From Clostridia bacterium (GTDB lineage: Bacteria > Bacillota > Clostridia > Oscillospirales > CAG-272), in assembly GCA_017411745.1 (NCBI GenBank), contig JAFQPM010000016.1, positions 19,120 to 83,119 of the forward strand: a stretch of DNA of 64,000 nucleotides, written 5' to 3'. How positions within the stretch are numbered: the first letter of the stretch is position 1; every line of letters begins with the position of its first letter. Positions 43,019 through 52,664 of this stretch are shown in pieces. The notes beneath the pieces were generated by a model. The model saw nothing but the letters and a program-made list of their open reading frames with translations, was not told the origin of the DNA and did not search any database. Position numbers and translations under genes: made by a program.

Positions 43019-45778
43019 TCAGCGTTTATTTCTCTTTTTTGAAGTCAGAAACAGTGTAAGTATCGCTATAGCGTAAAGCACGATATATGCAGGGATCACG
43101 AAATATTCGCGAGAACCCAGACCGTGAGGATAAAACTCCGAGCTGAAGACATTTTGTGTCGAAAAAGCACATATCGCTATCGCAACTGTATACGCTATTA
43201 TGACCTTGAGCCAGCAGTTGCTTCTTCCCTCACCCTTTTTAGTAAATTTTCGATTTATCATAAAGACCTCTACGAACACCGTAAGCAGCAAGCATATAAA
43301 TATTGGAAGCTTGTACGTTGTATTCGTTCCGAAAATTCCTATATGATCAAATATCTTTACAAGAATGGCGATCACAGCGGCGACAATCGCTCGGGAGATA
43401 ATAGACGGGATGCTACGCTTGACAAGCTCGATCGGATATCTTGTGAAATCTCTCGACTGGGCAAGCACTTTATCGGTCTGCTCGGCGCGGCTGAATACTG
43501 TGACGGAAAGGAAAGCAAACATTGCGGAGAGCGCTACCGTCTGCAACGGATCGAGCAGAATATTGCCCGTAAGCACTGACATTACAGTGAATGATACAAG
43601 ACCACTCATAAGCAGCACAAAGAGCAACAATGCTTGTGCAAATGAAACGTAGGCTTTTCTCGAGATTTTAATAGCTTTGAACGCTGCCGTGGCTCCTCCG
43701 CCGTTTTCATTAGCACGTCGGACTATGACCTTTGAGAGCAGACGAGTTTGCTGGGAGGCACGCTCGTTGGTATCTCTGCCCTCTGGGGCAACTCTTTCGT
43801 AAATCGATTCGCGATATTTGTCGCTCGAATATTCGACTGTGTCACAGCTTATTGCAATATCTGCGCGAGCCAATATTTCGTTATATTCGTTTGCAACGCC
43901 GTATGCGGCAATTTTTGCGCCTCGTTTTCTCATTTCTAAAATGAGCTCCGAATACTCGGGCGCGCTGAAGCCTACGTAAGCATCGTATCTGCCGAGTCCT
44001 TCGATCACGCTCCTGCCGTTTTTCTTGAATTCCGAAGCAAATGCCGTATTGCCCGACAAAATTCCTTTTTCGATGCAATTTGATACGAGATTTGAGTTGA
44101 TATCGTTCTCGGCGGAAAGCAAAACGGTAGGTTTTATGCCAAACCTTTTCATTTCCGCGACTGTGGAAGCAAGCGCCTTGTCCTCAGGCTGATAAAGAGT
44201 TATAACACCCTCAAGCACTGTGTTCCTGTCTTTTTCGGAGATGCAATAAAGACATCTGAGTCCGTTTTCTGCGGCGGCTTGGGTAAATTCCTTGATCTCG
44301 TCTATATCTCGATCGTTGATAGCTCTTGTATGCGCTCCGTCTTGGATCAGATCGCAAAAAGTAAGTATCTTGGGATCGGTAACAAGTGAGGTTCTGAATA
44401 TTTCTTTATCGGTCTCGGCACAGGCATATTCAAAGCCGTTTTTGGCGTCCTTTGCGAAATAAAGCGACTTTATCGCTAATGATGCGCCGCTTATATCGAA
44501 TTTACTCACTCGGAGATGCGTATAAAGCGCTTCAAGACAACCGTCTGCGCTCAGATCGTTCTCAATTCCGCCCTCCCTTTGCGCTTTTACATAGGTATGT
44601 ACCAAGGACAGTATTCTCAATCCTTCATTCGTTGTCGTATCGAGATTTTCAATCACTCCGTTTGCCGTATAGGTTGCGGAAAGCGAAAAGCTTCCGCCGC
44701 AAAGTCCTGCCGAGCCGACGAAAATAAAATCGGAGACTGTGGCGAGCGTATCCAAGGCTTTAACGTTTCGAATAGATGCGCGCGAGGCGTTTTTATATTT
44801 ATCTCGTTTTTTTTGTGCAAGTCTCTTTACATACGATGAAAATACGTATCTTGATCCACCACTTAAAAGCTCTGTTGTGACAAGGAAAACTGCCGAAAGC
44901 AGCATTGTAAAATTACAAACGAATATCTCCTTGCCGCGCAAAGTCATAAGTCCTATCAAAGAAAGGATAAGAAGACCTGAGGCACAAACAAATGATATCT
45001 TGTAAAGCGTCGGCTTGATCGATTTAGCCCCCATAGGCTCGGAGTCCTTACCGCCAAGCTCTCCGTTGCGGACACGTTTGTGGAGATAGACGTTTTCGCC
45101 CGTAGCAACCACAAGCGCTGTCGCCTGACCGCTGATTACTGCGCTTCCCGCATACAGCATATTTGCCGCATCGGGAACCGTGCAGTTGTTTTCGTCACAT
45201 ACAGCTTCGAAATGCTTGTCTGCTCGGCGCTTGATGATGCCGTCATTACTTATGATGAGCTCATCAACCGTCAAGCCCTCACTTCTTATAAGTCGTGCAT
45301 CACAAGTAAGCAGGTCTCCGCTTTTTATTAGTATGACGTCGCCCTCAACGAGATTTCTGCCGTCTGTATAAAAGATATTGCCGCCACGCTTTACCTTGAC
45401 CATTGGGGAGGCGTATTCGCCCATTGATCCAAATGTTTTCTGCGCGTTCAGCACAAGAATTCCGCCAAAAGCGGTCGCCGCAAGCGTTACGGCAAACACA
45501 GACCAACCGAGCACTGTCTTTCCAAACAATGCCGTCAACAGTGAGGTTATCAAAAGTAACAGAGCGTACGGCGAGCCTGCAAACGTCAGCAGCGACGTCC
45601 AAGTGGGGCGTCTTCGGCTAACGAAAAGAGAGCTGTTTTCGTGCTTCTTATCTTTTTCAAGTCTTACTCTCGCTTCTCTTGCGGGAAGTCCATCAGAAAG
45701 GTTTGTTCCCAGCTTTTTTTCAAGCGTTGAAAGATCGGGAATATGCGGATTTACCATATTCTCTTTCTCCTTTGTCAA
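43019..45778 (-). CDS. P-type ATPase homologue with degenerate catalytic motifs (probable pseudo-enzyme)
   Basis: A Cation_ATPase_N-like start (LSDGLPAREARVRLEK) and an A-domain block (VKVKRGGNIF...LVEGDVILIKSGDLLTCDARLI...VDE) are present, with about 10 TM segments. The TGES, DKTGT, TGD and GDGxND positions read ISNDG, VGSAG, SAE and AYGVANEYN. Confidence 0.8.
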   Translation of the reverse strand: MTKEKENMVNPHIPDLSTLEKKLGTNLSDGLPAREARVRLEKDKKHENSSLFVSRRRPTWTSLLTFAGSPYALLLLITSLLTALFGKTVLGWSVFAVTLAATAFGGILVLNAQKTFGSMGEYASPMVKVKRGGNIFYTDGRNLVEGDVILIKSGDLLTCDARLIRSEGLTVDELIISNDGIIKRRADKHFEAVCDENNCTVPDAANMLYAGSAVISGQATALVVATGENVYLHKRVRNGELGGKDSEPMGAKSIKPTLYKISFVCASGLLILSLIGLMTLRGKEIFVCNFTMLLSAVFLVTTELLSGGSRYVFSSYVKRLAQKKRDKYKNASRASIRNVKALDTLATVSDFIFVGSAGLCGGSFSLSATYTANGVIENLDTTTNEGLRILSLVHTYVKAQREGGIENDLSADGCLEALYTHLRVSKFDISGASLAIKSLYFAKDAKNGFEYACAETDKEIFRTSLVTDPKILTFCDLIQDGAHTRAINDRDIDEIKEFTQAAAENGLRCLYCISEKDRNTVLEGVITLYQPEDKALASTVAEMKRFGIKPTVLLSAENDINSNLVSNCIEKGILSGNTAFASEFKKNGRSVIEGLGRYDAYVGFSAPEYSELILEMRKRGAKIAAYGVANEYNEILARADIAISCDTVEYSSDKYRESIYERVAPEGRDTNERASQQTRLLSKVIVRRANENGGGATAAFKAIKISRKAYVSFAQALLLFVLLMSGLVSFTVMSVLTGNILLDPLQTVALSAMFAFLSVTVFSRAEQTDKVLAQSRDFTRYPIELVKRSIPSIISRAIVAAVIAILVKIFDHIGIFGTNTTYKLPIFICLLLTVFVEVFMINRKFTKKGEGRSNCWLKVIIAYTVAIAICAFSTQNVFSSEFYPHGLGSREYFVIPAYIVLYAIAILTLFLTSKKRNKR

Positions 45779-45787
45779 AATAAGATT

Positions 45788-48118
45788 TTACAAGCATTTT
45801 ACGGTGATCTCGCCGTTTTCTGTCGCAAGAAGCGCCTTCGTATAGCTTCCCGTATAGTCCGATATGAGCTGTTCTGCCAGCTTATCCTCAATATTCTTTT
45901 GTATATATCTGCGCATATTTCTTGCTCCGTATTTTTCGGAGAACGAGCCCTGCGCCACGGTTTTCGCAACGTCGTCGCTGTATTTGAGCGATATTCCCTT
46001 TTCTGCGAGCACGTCGGCAAGCTGGGAGAGCATTATCTTTGCGATCTCGCCGAAATCTTCAACGGTGAGGCTGCGGAAGGTAATTATTTCGTCGACTCTG
46101 TTTATAAACTCGGGGCGAAGGAAGGTAGAAAGCGCCTTTTCGGTCTTGTCGGCATCGAGCGTTCTCGAATCTGCTGCAAAGCCCACTACTCCGCTACGGT
46201 TTTCCGAGCCTGCATTAGTTGTCATTATGATGATCGCGTTTTCGAAGTTTACCGTCTTGCCGTGAGCGTCGGTGATACGTCCGTCGTCAAGTATCTGCAG
46301 AAGTATATTGAGAACGTCAGGATGTGCTTTTTCGATCTCGTCAAAGAGGACGACCGAATAGGGTCTGCGGCGTATTTTTTCGGTGAGCTGTCCCGCATCG
46401 TCGTAGCCTACGTATCCTGGAGGCGAGCCGATTATGCGCGATACCGAATGCTTCTCCATAAATTCGGACATATCAAGTCTTATAAGCGTTTCGGGGGAGT
46501 TAAAAAGATCGGCGGCGAGCGTTTTTACAAGCTCGGTCTTACCTACTCCCGTGGGTCCTGCGAATATAAAGGAGACGGGCTTTCTCTTGTACGAAATACC
46601 TGCTCTGTTTCTCTTTATAGCTCTTGCCACGGCATCGACTGCTACGTCCTGACCGACAAGCTTCTTCTTAAGTCTGTCGGCAAGGCTGTCAATTCTCGCG
46701 TATTCGTTTTCGGTGATCGAGGTTGCCGGAATTCCCGTCCAGAGCTCGATGACGTTTGCAAGATGCTCCTCGGTCAATATTACCTTTTCGCACTCTGCGG
46801 TCAATTCGTCAAGACGGTTGGAGAGTCGCATTTCCTCGGACTGAATTTTAGTGATCTCCTCGTATTTTTTCTGGATCTCCTTGTCGTCCGTGGTCATATA
46901 TGCTTCAAGTCCCTCTCTGTCGGATTTGAGAGTCAAAAGCTTATCTCTGATCTCCTGCGACTCGTTAAGCTCGGCAGAAGAAAGAGAGAGCTTGGACGCC
47001 GCCTCGTCAAGAAGGTCGATCGCCTTATCGGGCAGATATCTGTCGGTAATATAGCGCTCGGAGAGGACTACAGCCTTATTGAGTATGACCTCGGGAATTC
47101 TGATTTTATGGAACTCCTCATAATAGTGGCTGATACCGCGAAGCATTTCTACCGCTTCTGCCACAGAAGGCTCGTTTACAGTTACGGGCTGGAAACGTCG
47201 CTCGAGAGCCGAGTCCTTTTCGATATATTTTCTGTATTCGTTGAGCGTAGTCGCGCCGATTATTCTGACCTCCCCGCGAGAAAGTGCAGGCTTCAAAATA
47301 TTTGCCGCGTTAACGCTTCCCTCTGCATCTCCCGTGCCGACTATGTTATGGACCTCGTCGATAACGAGAATAGCTCTGCCGTGCTCCTTGACCTCTGCCA
47401 AGAGTCCAAGAATTCTTGACTCGAACTGTCCGCGGAACTGCGTGCCCGCGACAAGCGCAGTGAGATCAACAAGAAAGATCTCCTTGTCCTTAAGCTTATA
47501 GGGCACGTTGCCGTCGGCAATTCGGATGGCAAGTCCTTCTGCGATCGCGGTTTTACCTACTCCGGGCTCACCTATAAGACAGGGATTGTTCTTCTGACGG
47601 CGGCAGAGAGTCTGAATGACTCTGTCGGTCTCGCGGTCGCGTCCTACTATTCGGTCAAGCTTACCCTCTCTTGCGCTCTGCGTGAGATTCTTACAGTAAG
47701 TCGTGAGGAATTTGTAGGTCTTGCCCTGCTGTTTATTTCCCTTTGGAGCTTCTTTTTTATTTTTGCTCGGATTTACGGGAACTATATTGCCGCCCTCGTC
47801 CTTCTTGGGCAGATTTTCAGATGCAGACTTCATCATCTCGGCAAGTCCGCTATCCTTGAAGAGCTTGGGGAGATCTATTGCGGGAGCGCCGCCGTCCTCG
47901 CCCTCGGGCATCATTTCGGCAAGCTCGTCCTCCATATCCTCGAGCTGATCGGGCGAGATACCCATTTTGTTATAGATATCTCCCATCATATTTTCAATAG
48001 GAAGTCCGAGGTCCTTTGCACATTTGATGCAAAGTCCCTGCGACGCCTTCTCTCCGTTTTCTACTTTAGTTACGAAAATTACAGCCACTCTCTTGTGGCA
48101 ATTTGAACATAGTATCAT
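45788..48118 (-). CDS. clpC: ClpC/ClpA-type double-AAA+ unfoldase with a zinc-ribbon N-domain in place of Clp_N repeats
   Basis: Walker A motifs GEPGVGKT (D1) and GPTGVGKT (D2), a coiled-coil M-domain, and a ClpP-docking-type VGF loop ([10 protein letters not shown]). The N-terminus reads CSNC-x21-CIKC followed by an acidic/Lys-rich linker. Confidence 0.9.
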   Translation of the reverse strand: MILCSNCHKRVAVIFVTKVENGEKASQGLCIKCAKDLGLPIENMMGDIYNKMGISPDQLEDMEDELAEMMPEGEDGGAPAIDLPKLFKDSGLAEMMKSASENLPKKDEGGNIVPVNPSKNKKEAPKGNKQQGKTYKFLTTYCKNLTQSAREGKLDRIVGRDRETDRVIQTLCRRQKNNPCLIGEPGVGKTAIAEGLAIRIADGNVPYKLKDKEIFLVDLTALVAGTQFRGQFESRILGLLAEVKEHGRAILVIDEVHNIVGTGDAEGSVNAANILKPALSRGEVRIIGATTLNEYRKYIEKDSALERRFQPVTVNEPSVAEAVEMLRGISHYYEEFHKIRIPEVILNKAVVLSERYITDRYLPDKAIDLLDEAASKLSLSSAELNESQEIRDKLLTLKSDREGLEAYMTTDDKEIQKKYEEITKIQSEEMRLSNRLDELTAECEKVILTEEHLANVIELWTGIPATSITENEYARIDSLADRLKKKLVGQDVAVDAVARAIKRNRAGISYKRKPVSFIFAGPTGVGKTELVKTLAADLFNSPETLIRLDMSEFMEKHSVSRIIGSPPGYVGYDDAGQLTEKIRRRPYSVVLFDEIEKAHPDVLNILLQILDDGRITDAHGKTVNFENAIIIMTTNAGSENRSGVVGFAADSRTLDADKTEKALSTFLRPEFINRVDEIITFRSLTVEDFGEIAKIMLSQLADVLAEKGISLKYSDDVAKTVAQGSFSEKYGARNMRRYIQKNIEDKLAEQLISDYTGSYTKALLATENGEITVKCL

Positions 48119-48141
48119 TATTTGATTTCACCCTTTGTCAA

Positions 48142-48849
48142 TCAGATCAATTTTCTTATAAATTCAAAGATCCGCAGGTCATAAATGAATTTGAACACGT
48201 GCGAATCCGAATAAATCTTCATAATTTCTTCGCTGTTTTTTATTGCAGATATAAATTCAAGTATCGAATAGATCGCCGTAGAAATAAACGCAACGCCAAG
48301 AACGCCAAGCGCAAGTCCGAGCGTTATGCCGAGAAGCTTATCTATTTTTGTTATTATCGGGATCTTTATCTTGCTGAATCCCTTTATAACTATACTCAAA
48401 ACTATATACGCCACTACGAATATAAGGACGTAAGCGATTATTGCGGAAAGCGTGCGGGATATTGGTCCCGAGATAACGTCAGACATCTCTCTGATAACCG
48501 TCTCGCTTCCCTGTGCGCTGCCGAACCTTGCCTCCAAAGCCTCAACGTCCGCACCGAAAAGTTTTACAACCTTTAAAAATCCGTCGGGTATATTGGCGAA
48601 AAACTCCGTTAAGCTCTTTCCACCATCAAAATAGCCGTAGATCTTATTATAAACGTGATCGGAAACTGCGTTTCCTACAAATCCGTTTGCAAGTAAAATC
48701 CCAACGGGGCTTCCAAGCGCAAGGGAGACAAGAAACGCGATTATAAATTTACCCATGCCGAGAATTGAACATACCAATCCCTTGATTCCAAATCTTGCTG
48801 TCGAAAACACGATGATAGCCACTAATAAAACGTCAATGAAAATTATCAT
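48142..48849 (-). CDS. cvpA: CvpA family membrane protein
   Basis: 235 aa with four to five TM helices. The N-terminus MIIFIDVLLVAIIVFSTARFGIKGLV is typical of the CvpA/colicin V production family. Confidence 0.78.
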   Translation of the reverse strand: MIIFIDVLLVAIIVFSTARFGIKGLVCSILGMGKFIIAFLVSLALGSPVGILLANGFVGNAVSDHVYNKIYGYFDGGKSLTEFFANIPDGFLKVVKLFGADVEALEARFGSAQGSETVIREMSDVISGPISRTLSAIIAYVLIFVVAYIVLSIVIKGFSKIKIPIITKIDKLLGITLGLALGVLGVAFISTAIYSILEFISAIKNSEEIMKIYSDSHVFKFIYDLRIFEFIRKLI

Positions 48850-48879
48850 AACTATCTCCTATTCTCTACCCGCGCCAAT

Positions 48880-50175
48880 TCAATCAAAGCTTACGTAATA
48901 TGCAAGGCTTGGAGTACATGCCAAAAGCTCGCCGCCCGAAAGCAACGTCAAGCACGCATCCTCCTCTAAAAATGCTACCGTTGATGTGTGTCCAAAGGTA
49001 GAGTCCACCTTGATTATTTTATCGTCGCAAAGCAGGTAAATATGATCTTTATTCATTTTTACGTCCGAAACGTTGCCGTCGATCTTGATAGTCAGCTTCA
49101 GATCTCCGTTGTCATCAAATACCACCAGAAGCTCGCTGGCATTTGCTTCGCTTTCATCAAACAAAAGAGCTATGCCTCCGTTTGCGTAAGACATGTGCGA
49201 AAGCTTGTCAGGATAGACGAAAATGTTTTTGCGGTTGCCGTTAAGATCATACACGGACAGGCTTTCTGAGCAAACGAGAGCTATTCGGTCGTCCGATAAA
49301 AATGCGATCCTGTACGGAAGAACGTCGGTTATTGTTGTCGATGATTTAAGTCTGCCCTTTTTTGTTTCGAGAACGCTTATAGTAACCTTGCTCTCTCCCC
49401 CCTCGGCGTCAAGTGACGCTATGGCGGCATATCTGCCGTTCGCTGAAAGCTCGGCGGATATTACAAGGTCATTTTTTAAATACTCTGTCTCAAGCTTAAA
49501 TTTGTTATTATAAATTCGCACCGCGGAGCGATATTCCGCAGATCTGGTCACGATAAGAAAGCTTCCGTTATCCGACATACTCGCTGAGCTGATTGGATAA
49601 TCGAGCGTTTCGGAATAAACGCAGATAAAGGAATTATATACCGCAAAGGAATTGCTTCCCTGATCGTAGATAAGGACATAAGAATCCGAGGCGCATATTT
49701 GGGGATTAGTATATTCAGAGCCTACGGTCATAGTCACTCTGCCCGTTGAGGTAAAGAGCTTTATCTCGCTGTCGCCTGCGACGGCAAGTCCGTTCTTGAA
49801 GGAAGCAAACGTCTGGTTTCCCACCGACTGCGAATAGCTGAGCGTTTCGGGTCTTGTTTCGCTGAAAGTGCTTATGTAAGAGATGTCCTTGAACATATAA
49901 TATACGTTCGCATACGACATTATGCTGCTTCCGAACAAAAGCACCGCCGCCAAGAATACACAAAGCACCGCGAGAACGATCACCCTCGTAATTCCAAAGC
50001 CGAATGCTATCTTTGCTTCCGCCGGACTTTCGGCAGAATCGTATCCTGCTAAAGCTTTCTGTTTTTTTACAATTTTTCTTGGAAGACGAGTTATCTGATG
50101 CTTTTCTTCGTGTGAACGGAAAAACAAAATGACTTTACCGAGAAACGATATTTCTTTATCTTTTTTCTTTTTCAT
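48880..50175 (-). CDS. Membrane-anchored beta-propeller-like protein (DUF5711-like, tentative)
   Basis: A Lys-rich cytoplasmic N-terminus and one TM helix (VIVLAVLCVFLAAVLLF) are followed by a repetitive beta-strand-rich ectodomain. The family name is from memory only. Confidence 0.6.
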   Translation of the reverse strand: MKKKKDKEISFLGKVILFFRSHEEKHQITRLPRKIVKKQKALAGYDSAESPAEAKIAFGFGITRVIVLAVLCVFLAAVLLFGSSIMSYANVYYMFKDISYISTFSETRPETLSYSQSVGNQTFASFKNGLAVAGDSEIKLFTSTGRVTMTVGSEYTNPQICASDSYVLIYDQGSNSFAVYNSFICVYSETLDYPISSASMSDNGSFLIVTRSAEYRSAVRIYNNKFKLETEYLKNDLVISAELSANGRYAAIASLDAEGGESKVTISVLETKKGRLKSSTTITDVLPYRIAFLSDDRIALVCSESLSVYDLNGNRKNIFVYPDKLSHMSYANGGIALLFDESEANASELLVVFDDNGDLKLTIKIDGNVSDVKMNKDHIYLLCDDKIIKVDSTFGHTSTVAFLEEDACLTLLSGGELLACTPSLAYYVSFD

Positions 50176-50200
50176 AGCCCGTCCTCCTTTCTGTTTGTTA

Positions 50201-50959
50201 TCAGTATATTACGCGGTTGAGGTAAAGTCCTTCAGCCGCGGCGGTCATTCCCGCGCGCTGTCTGTCGCAGGAGTCAATGATGCTTGGAATATCGTCGGGA
50301 GCGATCTTGCCCTGCGCGACTGCGACGAGAGTTCCCGTCATTATTCTTACCATATTGTAAAGAAATCCGTCTGCGGCAACCTTGAAGATTATTTCATCGC
50401 CGTTTTTGCTGACTTCGGCATATTTGACGTCTCTTACCGTTGATTCAACGGTCGAGCCGCTTGCCATAAATGCTGAAAAATCATGCTTGCCAACATAAAA
50501 TTGCGCCGCGCGGTTCATTTTTTCTATCGATGTTTCGTCGATAGAGTAAGGAATATGCCACGATCTGCCCTCCTCAAAAGGACTTCTTGAGGGTCGATTG
50601 TGTATTTTGTAAACGTATTCCTTATATTTTACGTCGTATCTCGGGTGGAAGTCATCGTCTACCCACTCGGCGCGATCTACGGCAATATCAGTGGGCAGAT
50701 GTGCATTCATAGCTGCGGGGATTCGATCGGCAGAGATATGGGTTTCGAGAAAGCTCTCGCCCTTTTTGGTAATCGCCGCGCAGAACATATTGGCATGCAC
50801 ACCCGCGTCGGTACGGCTACAGCCCGTGATATCACAGTCGTATCCGAAAAGTGACCTCGCCGCCGCGTTCAGCTCGCCTTGCACCGTTCTTGCGTTTTTT
50901 TGCACCTGATAGCCGCTGAAATTCGTTCCGAGATAGGAAAGTGTAAGAAGTATTTTCAT
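50201..50959 (-). CDS. truA: tRNA pseudouridine(38-40) synthase TruA
   Basis: YLGTNFSGYQVQ, the catalytic Asp in CSRTDAGVHA, and the FLYNMVRIM block. The start is at MKILL (50959), 9 nt after AGGAG. Confidence 0.93.
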   Translation of the reverse strand: MKILLTLSYLGTNFSGYQVQKNARTVQGELNAAARSLFGYDCDITGCSRTDAGVHANMFCAAITKKGESFLETHISADRIPAAMNAHLPTDIAVDRAEWVDDDFHPRYDVKYKEYVYKIHNRPSRSPFEEGRSWHIPYSIDETSIEKMNRAAQFYVGKHDFSAFMASGSTVESTVRDVKYAEVSKNGDEIIFKVAADGFLYNMVRIMTGTLVAVAQGKIAPDDIPSIIDSCDRQRAGMTAAAEGLYLNRVIY

Positions 50960-50972
50960 TCCGAGCATCTCC

Positions 50973-51797
50973 TTACATAGTATATCCCGGGGCGTAGATA
51001 TTTAACAAAACTATTCCTGTACCGAACGCGATCACCAAGAAAAGCGCGACAAAATCCTTGAATGAAAAGCGCAGGACGTTAAGTCTCGTTCTTCCCTTGC
51101 CGCCTCTGTAGCATCGGCAGGTCATTGCGGTCGCAAGCTCTCCCGCGCGTCTGAACGACGATATAAACAGAGGAATAAGCACGGGGATCAGCGCTTTGGC
51201 GCGCTTTACGAGCGAGCCGTTTGAAAAATCTGCACCTCTTGCCTTTTGAGCCGCCATAATTTTTTCGGTCTCCTCGATTATCGTGGGAATAAAGCGAAGC
51301 GCAATAGTCATCATCATCGCAAATTCATGCACCGGTACCTTCAGAACCTTCAACGGAGAGAGCAGCTGCTCAAGTCCGTCGGTAAGTTGTATCGGCGTAG
51401 TGGTGTAGGTCAGGAAAATTCCCGTGCCTATGATCATTGACACTATTCTGATTACGATAAATGCGGCGTTATAAAGTCCGCTTGAATAGATGTTGATAAA
51501 GCGCCACGAAAGCAGAAGCTCGTAGTCCTCGCCCTTTGTCCAGAAAATATTAAGGACCGCGGTGAAGATCATAATGAAGATTATCGCCCTGATCGATCTT
51601 ATCACTATTTTTACAGGGATTTTGCTTATGATTATAAGCAAAAGCGCGGAAATCATCAGTATGCCGAAGGTGATGACGTTTTTGCACAGAAAACAAGTCA
51701 CTATATAGAGAATTCCCATAATTATCTTCATTCTCGGGTCGAGTCTGTGCATTATTGAATTGGACGGATAATACTGTCCGAAGGCTATACTTTTCAT
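50973..51797 (-). CDS. ecfT: ECF transporter transmembrane component EcfT
   Basis: HRLDPRMKI N-terminus and the conserved coupling-helix region ARGAD. It overlaps ecfA2 by 4 nt. Confidence 0.9.
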   Translation of the reverse strand: MKSIAFGQYYPSNSIMHRLDPRMKIIMGILYIVTCFLCKNVITFGILMISALLLIIISKIPVKIVIRSIRAIIFIMIFTAVLNIFWTKGEDYELLLSWRFINIYSSGLYNAAFIVIRIVSMIIGTGIFLTYTTTPIQLTDGLEQLLSPLKVLKVPVHEFAMMMTIALRFIPTIIEETEKIMAAQKARGADFSNGSLVKRAKALIPVLIPLFISSFRRAGELATAMTCRCYRGGKGRTRLNVLRFSFKDFVALFLVIAFGTGIVLLNIYAPGYTM

Positions 51798-52651
51798 TTT
51801 GCACCTCCGAACAGCTCAATGATCGCTGCTTCAGCGTCGTCAACGGTGAATATGTCCTGAGGAAGATCTATTCCCTTTTGCGCGAGTAAGCGCACAAGGT
51901 AGGTCATCTGAGGGACACCAAGACCGATAGCCTCAAGCTCGTCGCCTCTTGAGAAGATCTCGTTTCTCTTTCCCATCATAGCAACTTTTGAATGCGACAT
52001 TACGATGATATCCTCGCAATATTTAGCCATATCGTCCATGCTGTGACTGACGATTATGACCGCCGCGCCCGTTGCCTCGGCATATTTTTGTATACCCTCA
52101 AATATAGACTTCTTGCCTGCGGGGTCGAGTCCTGCTGAAGGCTCGTCAAGTACAAGGACCTCGGGACGCATCGCCATAATACCTGCAATCGCCGCGCGGC
52201 GTTTCTGTCCGCCCGAGAGATCGAAGGGAGATTTTTTTAGGTTCTCGACACCGAGTCCCACGAATTCTGCTGATTCGAGCACTCTTTTTGCGATCTCGGC
52301 GTCGTCAAGTCCCATGTTTTTCGGACCGTATGCGATATCTGCCTCGACGGTCTCTTCAAAAAGCTGATATTCGGGATACTGCATAACAAGTCCGACTCTG
52401 TAACGAACCGCGGATATTTTCTTTGCATCCGCCCAGATATCCTCGCCATCGAGCAATATTTTGCCTTCGGTGGGACGGATAAGTCCGTTAAACATCTGAA
52501 CGAGGGTGGACTTGCCCGAGCCCGTATGTCCGATGATACCCGTTATTCGATTTGATTCTATATTTACGCTCACGCCGTCCAGCGCCTTGACCTCAAAAGG
52601 TGTGCCAGCGCTATAGACGAACGATACGTTTTCAACTGTTAATTTTGACAT
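51794..52651 (-). CDS. ecfA2: ECF transporter ATPase EcfA2
   Basis: GHTGSGKST, LSGGQKRRAAIAGI and LVLDEPSAGLD. It is second in transcription order. Confidence 0.93.
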   Translation of the reverse strand: MSKLTVENVSFVYSAGTPFEVKALDGVSVNIESNRITGIIGHTGSGKSTLVQMFNGLIRPTEGKILLDGEDIWADAKKISAVRYRVGLVMQYPEYQLFEETVEADIAYGPKNMGLDDAEIAKRVLESAEFVGLGVENLKKSPFDLSGGQKRRAAIAGIMAMRPEVLVLDEPSAGLDPAGKKSIFEGIQKYAEATGAAVIIVSHSMDDMAKYCEDIIVMSHSKVAMMGKRNEIFSRGDELEAIGLGVPQMTYLVRLLAQKGIDLPQDIFTVDDAEAAIIELFGGAK

Positions 52652-52664
52652 TACCTACTCCAAT

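Noticed and set aside
45743-47419. 558-aa ORF on the plus strand.
   Set aside because: It is antisense to the clpC-like gene, which has Walker A/B motifs in both AAA+ modules. It has no independent signals and is a shadow ORF.
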